From a virus, in IMG/VR virus record IMGVR_UViG_3300034374_004935, positions 19,639-83,638 of that record: DNA of 64,000 nt; one strand, 5' to 3'. The translations under genes were made by a program, and so were the position numbers. Below the pieces are notes generated by a model. The model was not told the DNA's origin. It was given only the letters and a program-made list of their open reading frames with translations, and did no database searches. The stretch's first letter is position 1. Every line of letters begins with the position of its first letter. Positions 40,601 through 49,300 of this stretch are shown here, in pieces.

Positions 40601-41954
40601 CTGCAGAGATGCCTTGTTCTTCTGCAGCTTTTATTATATCATCAAGATCTTGTGCAGATAATTCTTGGTCAGAGTCTATAATCTCTTCTCTTGTCGGAGC
40701 TCTTTCACCTGGCTCTTCTTTTTTTACTGGTTCTCCTTTTTGTTGTTTCTTTCCTTCTTCTGTAGCTTGTGCTGAAAGAAGTGCTAACTCTTCATCAAAC
40801 TCAAATTCAAAATCATCGGGAGGTATTTGATCATCAAAGTATTCTGCTTCGTCTTTCTTAGTACTAGTTTGATTAGGATTAGGCTCATAAGCTTCGTTAG
40901 ATGTAGGACCAAATTCCTCATTGAAATTTTTCTCATCACTTTTATCAAAGTCTAATACTTGCTGCTCATAAGCTTTTTTCTCAGACTCACTTAATTGATA
41001 AGTTTCTAAAAAGAAAGAACTTGAATGAAAGAAGTTACCGTCTTCATGAAATAAGTCAGTAGTAATAGCTCCGCTTTCTGCAACTTGTTGATTATAGTTT
41101 CCTTCGTTGATTCTAGCAAAATCTATTTTTCTAATTCTTTTTCCTAAAAAATCAATAGCTGCATCTATTTGATCTCCTGGAATTTTTATTTCTTGAGGGA
41201 CAATTACTTCTCCTTCTACTTCTGTCCACTTAAATTCGAAATAAGAATCTTTTTTAGTATTGCCTCTTTTGTATTCAATATTAAATCTATAAGTAATATC
41301 TTCAAGAACTTCTCTAATTTTTTTGATATCATCAATATTAGTAGCTTCTTGTAATTCTTTTAGTTTAGTTTTTACAGTGTCAAAATCATTTGTATCTGCT
41401 ATCTTATGGGTAAATAACTTAACAGGATATAAACCATATGCAGAAGGAACTAACATGTAAACATATCCAGGTTCTAAACTTTCACTGAGATTTACTTTAG
41501 AGTTTTCTAGTTTTTCTCTTAATGCTTTTGCTTTTTCTGACCCCGCTCTCCCTGTATGAATAGTACTCATGACTGTATCTCCTTGTCCATCTTGTCCAAT
41601 GTTAACACGATCAATAGTTTTAATAACTAATAGTAGTTCATTATTTTTATCGCCTCTAGCATCAGCTGCTTTTTTTAATAAAACAGCAGGATTATTTTTT
41701 AAAGGCTCTCCATTGTTTTGTGGATCTGTACCAACATTAAGATTTCTTTGAATCTTTCTTTTAATTCTAACTCTTACAGGAGCTTGCTGTACAGTTTCTT
41801 TAGGTTTGTTGATTATTTTAGTTTCATCTAACTGAAACTCTTTTAGAGAAATCGCTTCACCTCTTAATAGCTGATCTAATAAACCATTATTAAGAATAGA
41901 TTTAAACTCTTCCTCACTTCGCCAATTACCGTCGTACCAATACTTACAAGCCAT
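31611..41954 (-). CDS. virion-packaged single-chain two-barrel RNA polymerase with two zincin-like domains
   Basis: 3447 aa; catalytic 'AGLDFDIDK' (35628-35642) preceded by 'NRIPTE'; 'ESAVKVG', 'VDNAKEP'; HEAFH (40155-40169) and HEVTH (32247-32261). Confidence 0.93.
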   Translation of the reverse strand: MACKYWYDGNWRSEEEFKSILNNGLLDQLLRGEAISLKEFQLDETKIINKPKETVQQAPVRVRIKRKIQRNLNVGTDPQNNGEPLKNNPAVLLKKAADARGDKNNELLLVIKTIDRVNIGQDGQGDTVMSTIHTGRAGSEKAKALREKLENSKVNLSESLEPGYVYMLVPSAYGLYPVKLFTHKIADTNDFDTVKTKLKELQEATNIDDIKKIREVLEDITYRFNIEYKRGNTKKDSYFEFKWTEVEGEVIVPQEIKIPGDQIDAAIDFLGKRIRKIDFARINEGNYNQQVAESGAITTDLFHEDGNFFHSSSFFLETYQLSESEKKAYEQQVLDFDKSDEKNFNEEFGPTSNEAYEPNPNQTSTKKDEAEYFDDQIPPDDFEFEFDEELALLSAQATEEGKKQQKGEPVKKEEPGERAPTREEIIDSDQELSAQDLDDIIKAAEEQGISAGVAAMEETRSNESTLLDSESETGDDIDTDVSSSDDIIGDPFGDSNLKTKMGPKMDPELAKEDAKKAREQGLETLKRILGESFKRQSGKKGTVRVIKDFDSLRHYLPKESFEMLQQALKNGDELYGLFTTAAVLISELAPAGTEAHEAFHVIFNLVLPIEQRVKILNEIFYKYQEEIPLTRKEVTLEDGTKEVQYVRPTFIELEEFLADKFMAYEQSQEVDKLKPVSKQPVPEDKRTGQQKTKDILAGKENFKETNAFFKGLSRMLRVFFKKNKVLNIDNLFENINLGVYADSIKFKNTVLKRSIRQSIGQSVRTTAPNRKYINPVEKKWALRYFNSKIKKAIEGFRQQLDPENKLSVPEIINLVGKKSKNSGPHIIFSNAITDVVRDIAVAKQLLAQAEAAGDTKKVAKFKNLIHHFSKFYKIITNNQKIVRKNPKGRIEFMKSSDLLEQFNRFLKSNEGIEISYGGFEAESRSPQEGTNGQVTEQDYINAIEEGEDTPDRVAQINSIERNPKQGMKQQLISFFANIPKYNSDGSKAISPFGIQDVEDSNVVFAALVSKVANSYTLENFDAKLATLNKPWKQDVIDLFAQNPRLRTLFFANFASKNFAEFESVYEVNGEFRVFSSNSKTIKDIISEDLIANFLSSTNSLYKVGKQDALWTDNIDAAKAKAFLDGLLKLDFLYRQNDVSADEKVAEKSVDFFENGKFFKLLSDHLATVNLFLTPEQLDKIYNSGGAKFLYKRGKIGNLLRVLQEVGKKLVGTDRTAMESRTVVGEDGKKRTVKTPKYKRDAKARVNPFTKLTPETDIQYGKSKASGKSLVQQLAEAIEPALDTELVSSFRGIGGKTKYNIILSGQINKMLEEVKDEDSLQKLIDNVAGNDLLVSNLPFLQDLKNDDGLRNNLKSIILDGLTRKGQNKAVTYGKMSDIELEATSFGLYYRRGKREYQQGNVGIKLGIPSNSPTAHYLKVKRLSKDEIIDKLTDTAIAEMERMKFIKGLEEQYKKEKKENKDAVPHPLLLNKNYVKRGKNFQLLTFLNKVPAKNLKTKQGIKKEIQKFFEFNLEKDTFFRQQYLKYKESGIVEGKTAEGLMTFNPNILDKSLETTQAQNEVFIDYLMNTFYYNAQTNVLFAGDPSFYKGTTDYQKRFKQIFSPGTYTTLTGSYSAIILEDSMVPTSKENLKHINDIIDKSNMTPVEKEALKIMWKEKANAKKVGDQNNESDGGTFVSLDFRKKILKGLGEWGEAHDKAYDRIKKGKETIEDLRIIDPPASPLKPFTFTQMYVDGVRVPMQIKNSETVLTKSFALKKDKQGNLVYPKLAAIYEDMERGAYEVALFESAVKVGGITNGKDSRFTHYEKQADGSYIPSVGYDSVKVFNLDISDYRKQQETPAHHIDERSNFGSQLRTLITGDIAMDQDYDLFIGDTRTSLKGYEVVSLYQDIIFDDLKESFESLEKDMVNPDGTLNYVKLIPLLREHAVERNMGDQYLQAISPVEVTVNDASLGSKKTITTALPLFHPRILYQTETLLHSIFKNNVVKQKIKGGGVINTPSYGVSTLQREEDADLVGERYHPKLKIEDGKIIWEVLMPHTSKKFFPTKDGEVDFEYINMYASELLEIIANRIPTEDKYSMFNIRIIGFTPPSMANTIIMPPEVTTIAGLDFDIDKLYFLSKHFRVIDNIPKITQYYSTIDNQEQANDLAENIYRNKILIKKFAEDTIKNEKEREEFLKRVETSIQEVALATKDKNRSLSDIKREIRESERELKKSKQLNTEDAKALKKELQETIDSFYNILNGQEWDEELVEKSIALQEAEEGKNVIIDVIASALLDAKNLGINISSYNTRAARDNMKINIMKSILENRNTAAAIINPGNFDSLKYAGARIRLLKAGKTKEANLKGKELLAAADKLDDDADFNIAYPSTQLELFRRNMDGNDLIGIMANHNTHHAKAQYTNLKLVDQLEFNKQTYQALNQIRSRTGKRISRILATKLAAVVDNAKEPISAFLNFNMFTANVVALADRLGVDEAFMFALLNQPAILELTNRVQNEQGSMSKQNLVSQIKKEIIANLQEQIPSGTTVKPVNIKDLTTEMLEKTLSGKKGVKNAFIQKAALALFEELDTIAEELSRGIRASKTDSVTAYGSTGAADYVFLNNQTRILVDNQRGANKISGLEEIFLYKNPKQKQSPAFTTYGLYKPIGIYEKVFPTIGNINENNPTETKFSPLGLIKEKFTEFKGTGVLREEEAQLINSNYLNYIASEFKFFHHDQIDDILKKFPGEFLTFKRNLPENSPFKPLMDQLHIVRPDLTSPISRIQFYQTGKFAEDIEALSDSWERMLLDPDPEIREIAKKLIKYSFFANGFNFGPYTFANVIPVMFFTNEYQSTQPDLMIQDGGGQLTMNELLQKRLMVENYDSEYNGRFIEQFIRNYSNRHNFIPTAKIDRTLSEEDAGNYLTPTGRITSTFYEADANIIKDLKGNLVVIGNYATTNLRDRFDEPVPYIKAYDTKINNHYATSIYKLTDTIIEYNSNNQEIVVYKYNRVPNLGISNVALEFNALGAIENSVSPAPDTIKDGKTEAQRLADQAVDNEITQNIKSAEGEVPSTIKPKVDLTKKTAPVDLSTDTEMYRLQYKDAEFIAEIKNGKFQIFNAKNMEQKFVDKTPENDPVVKELYEMFKLKVSGISETLVDNYHDSVSWEQLAVNFDRSFFDPEKIKGSQDVLRAFWPYLEKDSNISQLVTKLGRVNFEVKFLNNEEWAEQTRGRGTYMFYYNDTIYLNEETIRQVDSGAFYLYAFLHEVTHAFTIDLVVKGKQTTVKDGKRVTQDIIDKELRQKNTELTNLFKEAKNLDKKSESPKQDLYGFTDEFEFVAEIFTNPDFANHVKSLRAPQESKSIWQKFIDWLTSIFYEVPKKGRGEEIYEESMELINAIVENVTKDYRETIQREREQISEGDKWLRDNQNYIVEEIYQNGPSITNYLYGIKTANGTSTRDIMTQQEWDTLSPEEKYNVIKCN

Positions 41955-41968
41955 GAATTAAAATTTAT

Positions 41969-41976
41969 CAAAGTTA
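41969..41976 (-). promoter_or_regulatory. TAACTTTG -7 element upstream of the vRNAP gene
   Basis: Matches TAnnTTTG; a near copy GTAACTTTAT lies at 53049-53058. Confidence 0.55.
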
Positions 41977-41986
41977 CGGATTTTTA

Positions 41987-44900
41987 CTAACATTGTTTTT
42001 CTCCTATATAGTTATTGCCGTCTAAGATATCAACGTACCCTTCACCGAATCTATTACTAAGCTGTTCAATTATATCATCGAAATTTTCTTCTATTACTTT
42101 TTCTCTAGCAGTCTGTTCTACTTCTGTTTCTGGCGAAGTAGTTTTTATTAGTTTACTATCTTCTAATGTACCTGTTTTTGAAATTCTTACTATTCCTCCT
42201 TCATCAGGAAATAAAATTTCTACTTGATCAAATCTAACACCGTTTGGATCTACAATAATATTAACTATTGTTCCTTTTCCAAATTTTGGATGTATAATAT
42301 TATCACCTTTTTTAAGTGTATCAAGTAATCCTAAATCAGATGCTATATCTACTGTAGTAGTTTGTTCTTGTTTGAAATATAATCCTTGTTTTATAGCCTC
42401 ATCTACAACAGCTCGTCCTAAAGGAGAAGAATAATTTCCTACTACTTTACCTGTTTCTAGATTAATTACTTCACCTTCCCCAAAAACTAAATCTACATTA
42501 GTAGAATATTTAACTCCTTTATACTCAACAATAATAGGAGGCAGATCTTTCTGTTCTACGTACTTTGATGTAGTAGTTTCTTTAGTTTCTGTTTTAAAAG
42601 CAACAGTAGCTTGATATCCTTCATAAGATTCTATAGAGTCTTTAGTTGTTGATGATATAAATCCTCCGTCAGTTTCTTTTGTAGAATTATATAAAGCCTC
42701 TCTTAAACCTTTTACACTAGGGTTTCTAGAAGTTGTTTGAAGTCTTCCTATAAAAGTATCTCCATGATATACATTAATACCGATGTTATCAGCATCATAT
42801 ACACTTTTATCTCCGTAAGAATTTCCGTTCTCATCTAACTCAGTAGCAAATTTAAATTCAGCTGTCTCTTCGTATTTTTCTAAATCTTCATTATTTAACC
42901 AATCAGGGCTATTAACTTTCTTCATGTCGTACCCATCTATTTCTGTTTGAGTAGTTGGTCTACCTTGACTATCTTCCCAAGGATAAGGTTTACCTGTTTG
43001 TGGATTTATTGGCGTTTTTATTAATTTGCCGTCTTCGTCAAATCTTAATTGCTTTTCGTTAATAGTAGGAATGTTACCACTAGTAGATTGTTCGACAGCT
43101 TCTTCGAACATGTCATCAATAGTAAAAGCTTCTTTCTTCTCGTCTTTAAACTCTGATGTACTTTGTACAGGTTCAGGAGTTACGTTTTCTTTCTTTGAAT
43201 TAGCAAAGTTAGTATTACGTTTAGAAATCTCTGAAACTATATCTTCATAGTTATTTAGAATAGTATTGAATGCATTTAAAAAACTAGTTTTAAAATCCTC
43301 GTTATCTTTAAAGTTATCTATATTATCTAATGAGTAATCTAATCCATTAGGAAGCTCGTCTCGGCTTTCCATAACTTCAAAAATATGTTCTACTAGATTA
43401 GCATTCTTTCCATCTTTTAATGCCTCAACTACTTCTTCATATGGAGCAGTTTCTGGGTCAGATAATTTTGATTTTACAGTATTTAATTGGCTTATAACAT
43501 TTTCAGAATGAGCAGGAACATCTTTTCCAAAAAGTTCTCTATAAGAATCAAGATTTGTTTTTACACTAGAACCATCTTGTTTTTTATTGACAGCTTCTTC
43601 TGCTCGTTTTTTTATGCCATCTATAAGCTCTTCAGCAAATTGTTTTTCAAAATCTTCTTTTAATTTAAACCAGGTATTGGCTCCTTTATTTGTAAAGAGA
43701 GTAGAATAGATTTCAGAAACTTTAGCTTGCTTAGTTTTAATTTGAAATATATCTTTAACAATACCTTCTATTTCAGATTTATTAAAGTTATATGATTCAA
43801 AATTATCTTCTTTTATTTGACCTAAGATCTCTTTAATAAAACTATCTAGTTTTTTCTTGCCTTCTTCTTGTGCAAAATAAATTACGTCTCCTTTTTCTAC
43901 AGCTGCTAGTACTTCTCTATAATTTTCATCTTTATATAAAACATCTAGATTACTATTAGGAGCTAATTCATTTAGTTTTTCTCTTAGTTCTTTTTCTCTT
44001 TCTTTTAGATTGTCTCTACTAGATAATAAATAAACAGCTTGTTTTTTAAGAGCGTTTTGTTTATTTCTTATAAAGTTTGCTTTTGCTCGCATATAATCCT
44101 GCTGATCCATTTCGAGCTCAGGATTCTTACTTGGGTCAAGTTCTTCTAATTGATCTAATCCTTTATAATTTTTAAGAAAGAATTTATCTATCCAGGTTTT
44201 TCTATCACTAGCTATAGAATCAAATGTATCTTGATTCTTAACAATTGTGTCAACTCTTTTACGAAGAGTTTCTAAATTCTTCTTTTTAGTTTCTTCTGTA
44301 AATTGAAGAGCTTCATCTTTGTGAGCAAACTGTTCGTTAAACTCTTCTAGAGACATATTCTCTAAAGCATCTATATCCTGGTACACTGTGTCCAGAATTC
44401 CATTGCTCATTCTGTTTTCTACAAAATTAAATAGCTCATCAAATTCTGCGTTCTTATATCCAAAGACATCTCCTTTAGCTAGAGCAAGATCTTTATCTTC
44501 TTGTATACTAACAGATTTTCTAAAAGCATCGAAATTATTTTTAAGGACTTCATTCATTTGAATTCCTTCATTATAATTTTTTATAGCAGCTTCTACTTCA
44601 GAAATCTTTTCTGATACTTCTCCTACTGCTTCATAAAAACCCCCGCTCCATCCAAGACCCATCTTACCACTTGCTTTAGGTTTTACCATAGGAATCCCTA
44701 AGAATCCCATTAAAAATCCTAAACTCATGGAATCAATTCCTTCTATAGATGTAGCATACTTTCTAGAAGCACTTGCCATAGCTTGTATAAAGCCTATAGA
44801 AGAGTCTCTAGCGCTTTTAGTATAAGGAGAAGCCCAATAGTCTGAATATCCTTTTTCTATAACACCTTGAGAAAATTCTTCAAATCCTTCAGTAATACCT

Positions 44901-46366
44901 ACTTTTAATGAAGGCATTGCATATTTAAATAAGAATTTTTCTAATTTAGTTGCACTTGCAAATTCTGAAACTAATTTTCCTGTAGCATCTCTAGTTGTTC
45001 CATAAAGGACTCCGCTTCTAGATAAAATCTTTTGATTGTTTCTAAAACCTGATCCAAATATTTTAGGGAACTGAATCATATAACTAGCACCTACTAATGG
45101 AATATTAGTAAGGAATGCTGCCGTACCTGCATTCTTAGAATTATGTTGCATCATTGCTAGTTCTCCTCTAGGAATTTTTCTAGCAATAGTTTCAATGATT
45201 TCTTCTTCTGAGATTTCTAGATTACCAAACTCATCTGTATTTTGGCGAACAAGTTCTTTATATTCCTCAAACAATTGAGGATCGTTCTTTATATATCCGT
45301 ATTTAGATTGTAATAAAGTACTGTCTTGAGTGTCTTTACCAATCATTGCTGATTCATAAGCAGCTGATCGATACATAGTTCCTATAGTACCCATACCTTT
45401 TTGTAAAGCATCGGTAGCTTTTACTATCTTTCTCATAGACTGTATGTCGTCTAATTTTTCTAAACCTCTAATAGCTCTGTAAGCTTTAGAAAATTTTTCT
45501 GTACCAATAGCGCCTGCACGAGCTATCGTTCTAGTGGGCCTTCCCATGGCTCCTTTTAATCCTACTTTTCCTAAAAGTATTTCTGCACCCACTGCCCCCA
45601 TAACAAAAGAGACTGTGGGAACAATATCGTCGTTAATAGATTTAAAAGGATGATCAGCTATTCTAGAAAAGAAAGTTTGTTTATCTCTGTTTTTAGCATA
45701 ATCGTATCCTCCGTAGATTACAAGACGTTGGTCTATGTATTCTTGGTTTTTATTAAACCACTCGCCTACATCATTATCAAAAACTTTAGTTCTATCCCAA
45801 TTCCATAATGCTGATCCTACTCCATATATAGGTGCTAAAATATTTGCTCCTATATTATTTAATGTAGAACCTGCTAATTTACCAGAAGTAGTTCCCAATG
45901 ATTCCCAAAAACCTTGATTTTCATCTAAATCATCTACAAACTTTTTTAATTGTTTGTAATAATTGTTTTGTCTAAATGCAGCATAATCTCCTATCTCTCT
46001 ATTAAATGTTATACCATAAGTATCAGGATCTAGTAGCCTAGTCATTTTACTGCCGTGCTGTCTAATATATTCTGCACGCTCATTAGGATCAGGAATTGCT
46101 TTAGCTAAATCAACAGAAGTAAATAATTCTTTAGCAGCGGGATCTACCATAAAGTTAGTTCCCTTAATAGTATCATTAGTTACTCCGTTAATACCTGCAT
46201 TTGCTAGATTATTTATAAAATCTTGTTGCTCTTTTCTAGGCTGTATATAAGCATCAGAAGATTGTATTTTTTCTTCTGCAGATTGTAGTATGGGATTTAT
46301 TTGAGGTTCTCCATCAGGATTACTAGTATCCATCCCTTTAAGATTGAGTTCTTTCTCGTCTGCCAT
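41987..46366 (-). CDS. giant virion cargo/ejection protein with C-terminal Tudor-like domain
   Basis: 1459 aa; Gly/Ala-rich hydrophobic segments, 'TEGFEEFSQ' motif; 'GDNIIHPKFGKGTIV' near the C-terminus. Confidence 0.8.
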   Translation of the reverse strand: MADEKELNLKGMDTSNPDGEPQINPILQSAEEKIQSSDAYIQPRKEQQDFINNLANAGINGVTNDTIKGTNFMVDPAAKELFTSVDLAKAIPDPNERAEYIRQHGSKMTRLLDPDTYGITFNREIGDYAAFRQNNYYKQLKKFVDDLDENQGFWESLGTTSGKLAGSTLNNIGANILAPIYGVGSALWNWDRTKVFDNDVGEWFNKNQEYIDQRLVIYGGYDYAKNRDKQTFFSRIADHPFKSINDDIVPTVSFVMGAVGAEILLGKVGLKGAMGRPTRTIARAGAIGTEKFSKAYRAIRGLEKLDDIQSMRKIVKATDALQKGMGTIGTMYRSAAYESAMIGKDTQDSTLLQSKYGYIKNDPQLFEEYKELVRQNTDEFGNLEISEEEIIETIARKIPRGELAMMQHNSKNAGTAAFLTNIPLVGASYMIQFPKIFGSGFRNNQKILSRSGVLYGTTRDATGKLVSEFASATKLEKFLFKYAMPSLKVGITEGFEEFSQGVIEKGYSDYWASPYTKSARDSSIGFIQAMASASRKYATSIEGIDSMSLGFLMGFLGIPMVKPKASGKMGLGWSGGFYEAVGEVSEKISEVEAAIKNYNEGIQMNEVLKNNFDAFRKSVSIQEDKDLALAKGDVFGYKNAEFDELFNFVENRMSNGILDTVYQDIDALENMSLEEFNEQFAHKDEALQFTEETKKKNLETLRKRVDTIVKNQDTFDSIASDRKTWIDKFFLKNYKGLDQLEELDPSKNPELEMDQQDYMRAKANFIRNKQNALKKQAVYLLSSRDNLKEREKELREKLNELAPNSNLDVLYKDENYREVLAAVEKGDVIYFAQEEGKKKLDSFIKEILGQIKEDNFESYNFNKSEIEGIVKDIFQIKTKQAKVSEIYSTLFTNKGANTWFKLKEDFEKQFAEELIDGIKKRAEEAVNKKQDGSSVKTNLDSYRELFGKDVPAHSENVISQLNTVKSKLSDPETAPYEEVVEALKDGKNANLVEHIFEVMESRDELPNGLDYSLDNIDNFKDNEDFKTSFLNAFNTILNNYEDIVSEISKRNTNFANSKKENVTPEPVQSTSEFKDEKKEAFTIDDMFEEAVEQSTSGNIPTINEKQLRFDEDGKLIKTPINPQTGKPYPWEDSQGRPTTQTEIDGYDMKKVNSPDWLNNEDLEKYEETAEFKFATELDENGNSYGDKSVYDADNIGINVYHGDTFIGRLQTTSRNPSVKGLREALYNSTKETDGGFISSTTKDSIESYEGYQATVAFKTETKETTTSKYVEQKDLPPIIVEYKGVKYSTNVDLVFGEGEVINLETGKVVGNYSSPLGRAVVDEAIKQGLYFKQEQTTTVDIASDLGLLDTLKKGDNIIHPKFGKGTIVNIIVDPNGVRFDQVEILFPDEGGIVRISKTGTLEDSKLIKTTSPETEVEQTAREKVIEENFDDIIEQLSNRFGEGYVDILDGNNYIGEKQC

Positions 46367-49300
46367 TATTTAATAATATTTTGCATTCTTCTAGGATCTC
46401 TATATACATCAGAGTCTACCATAAATGCTAATACTAAAGGTTGTCTTCTTCCTCCTTTAGCAGTGTATGTTAAATTTAAATCTGCACCTGTTCCAAAAGT
46501 TAAATCTAATTTTGCTAAAGCAGTAGGAAGATTTACTTGATTACTTATTGTAAGGGCAGGTAATTCATCAGTAGAGATAATATTATCGTAATTATTTGCG
46601 TCTCTAATTACTTCTGTATATTGAACTAGAATTTCTTTATCAGCTGTTGTTTGGAAAGTAGCTTGATATTCTTTTTGTACTTCTCTTCCTTGCGCGTCAG
46701 TATAAGGAGGGCTTTGTGCTGGCTTAGTTGCTCCTTGACTTATCGAAGACTCTATTCCATTATTTGCTCTATACTGAAGAGTATTAGCAAATTGATTATA
46801 TTCTCTAGCTGCTTTAGGATTAGAAGCCATATAGAAAGGAGCGTAGTTAGCTCTTTGTTTTTCTATGAATTCTATTCTATTATCAGGATTAGCAATAGCA
46901 TTAGCGCTTTCTATATAATCTACAAAGTTTTCTGTTACTGTTTCTATAGGCTTATAATCTAATCCTTCTGAACTTAAATATAAAACTTCAGGATTATTTT
47001 TTTGCATTGCTTCTAATTCCTGCTTACTGAATTTTACTCTAACGTCTTCGCCAGCTTCATATGCTTCAAGTCGTTTTTGAGTTGTTTCAGCTAAAGGTTG
47101 GATTCCTTTATCTATATAAGATTGCCAATCTTTTAAATTTTGATTTTGATCGGTTAATGCTGATTTTCTATAGAATGCCATAATAACATTACCATTTTGG
47201 TCTACTCCTGCAAATCTAGGAGTATCTGTACGATATGCATCTAAAGTATAAGAATGCTTAAGACCTCCTGGGTCCATTGCAATAGATTGTCTTGTAGAAG
47301 GATCCCATATTACTCTAGAATTTCTACTACCTCTTGCTACCATTCCGTCGTCTACTAAAGCTTTAAATTGCCCACTAGAGAATTTATCAGCGCCTTTGTC
47401 TACAATTATTTGAGGAATCTGATAGAATTGCTCGCTTCCTAAAGTTTTAGATTTTCTATACTCTTTATAAATTTTATTCAATAGTAGTTCACCAGGGGAA
47501 AAAACATTGTCGACCATATCAAGTGCACTGTCCATTTCTCCGTCAATAGCATTAAGTCTTTCAAAAATTCTTTGTCTCTCAGCCTTTACTTCTTCAGGAA
47601 TATTCTCATAACCTTCTTCTTGTTGATCCATTCTGCCGCTTACATAAAGTTCTAATTGTTCTTGTTCTGCTTCAGTTAACTCGCTAGTTTCTTTTCCCAT
47701 AAACTGTCTAGCAGCCTCGTCCATAAGATCTTTAAATTCGTTATCTAGATTTTTTACTAGTTCATTTTTTTCTTGTTTTCTAGTTCCTATTAAAGAATTT
47801 AATTCTTTATCTAAGAATTTAGGACTACTTACAGTATTAGCTTCGAAGTCTTCTTTTAATTTAGTTATGTCTTTTATAATATCTTCATCAGAAAGATTAA
47901 GATCTCCTGCTTGGTCTTTTATAATTTGAACTAGCTCTTCTTCTGATTTATCATTTATATATTCTGTTACTAAGAAATCAAGGTCTTTTAATTGTCCTAC
48001 TTTAGAATAAGTAGCTTGATATTTTTCTTTTCTAGCGTCTTTAATTTTAGCTTCTAATTCTGCTTCTTGTTCTTCTGTTAAAGTTGGGTCTAATAATTCA
48101 ACTTTATAAGCATTAATATCATCTGTTAAAGTAGCTATTCTTTGATCGTACATTTGCTCAAAACCAAGAGTAGTCTTAGACAATGCTTCGTTTTCTGCAT
48201 GAACAGTTAATATATAATCACTTGTTTGGGCATAGCTTACTGTTCCATCTCCTGTAGTATATTTAGAAACTCCACCTACAAATGGAGTAAGCACATCTAC
48301 ATTTTTTTGATACATTGCACCTATACTAGAAGAAGGCTCTATCTCTACTACTTTTTCATAAGTTTCTCCATCAGCTCCTGTAGCGCTTATAGTATACTCA
48401 ACTGGTTCAAGTTGTATATTTTCTTCTGCGTTAAAAGGAGAAGTACCTCCTGCTAAAGGAGTTTCTTTCATAACATTGACAGGATTTAACTGTGTAGCAA
48501 TATCTCCTACTTCATTTGCTTCTTTTATTTTAGTAGATTTCCTACCACTACCAGAGGAGCTAATCGCTCCCTCATTAATAAAGTCTACAATGTCAGCGCC
48601 TGCTAATGCTATCTTATCAAAGTATCCTAACTTATCTGCTACATAAATACCTGCAGCTTCTTGTTCTATAGCTTCAACATCATTGTTTTCTAACATAGTT
48701 TGGATGTCAGCCATTTTTTCTTCTGCTTCGGCTTGTATTTCTTTAGCTTTAGCTATATCCTCAGATGTAGCATTTGGATTAGCTATTACTTTAGTAACTT
48801 GATCGTGGAGCTCTTCTAATTCAGGAAGAGATTCGATTAAAACATTTCTAGAAAATTGATAAGGGTCTTTATCTTCAGTTAATCCTTGAAGAGCTGCTTT
48901 CTTAGTTCTATCGTTTAATTCGAAAAACTTCATCTGAGCATCTTCTTGTTTCCAATTTTTAAATCTTTCTCCTGTTGTAATAAAGTTTCTAATAGACCTA
49001 GCAGCATCTTCTTTTGTCCTATATTTAGTTAGTTGCTGTCTTATCTCTCCAGCATCTACAGCACTATTTATCCCCATAATAGCATTTACTTGTTGGTCTT
49101 CTTCCATAGCTGCTATCTTAAGAACTAAGTCTTCTATTTCTTTTTCTCTGTTTTCTGATTTAGGAGTAAAGTTTCCAGTACTATAATTACCTGTAGTAGG
49201 ATCGTAATTAGTTCCTGAGAATTTATTTCTAACATAATAATCCCAGGTTTCAAAGTCATCTTGAGTTATTTCTCTTTTTTCTAACTTCTTCTGCATTAAT

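Noticed and set aside
9839-41954. Introns, inteins or homing endonucleases in polA, the helicases, primase or vRNAP
   Set aside because: The ORFs are continuous and of expected size; no LAGLIDADG/HNH/GIY-YIG or Hint motifs are seen. The terminal 'CN' of the vRNAP has no recognisable intein blocks.
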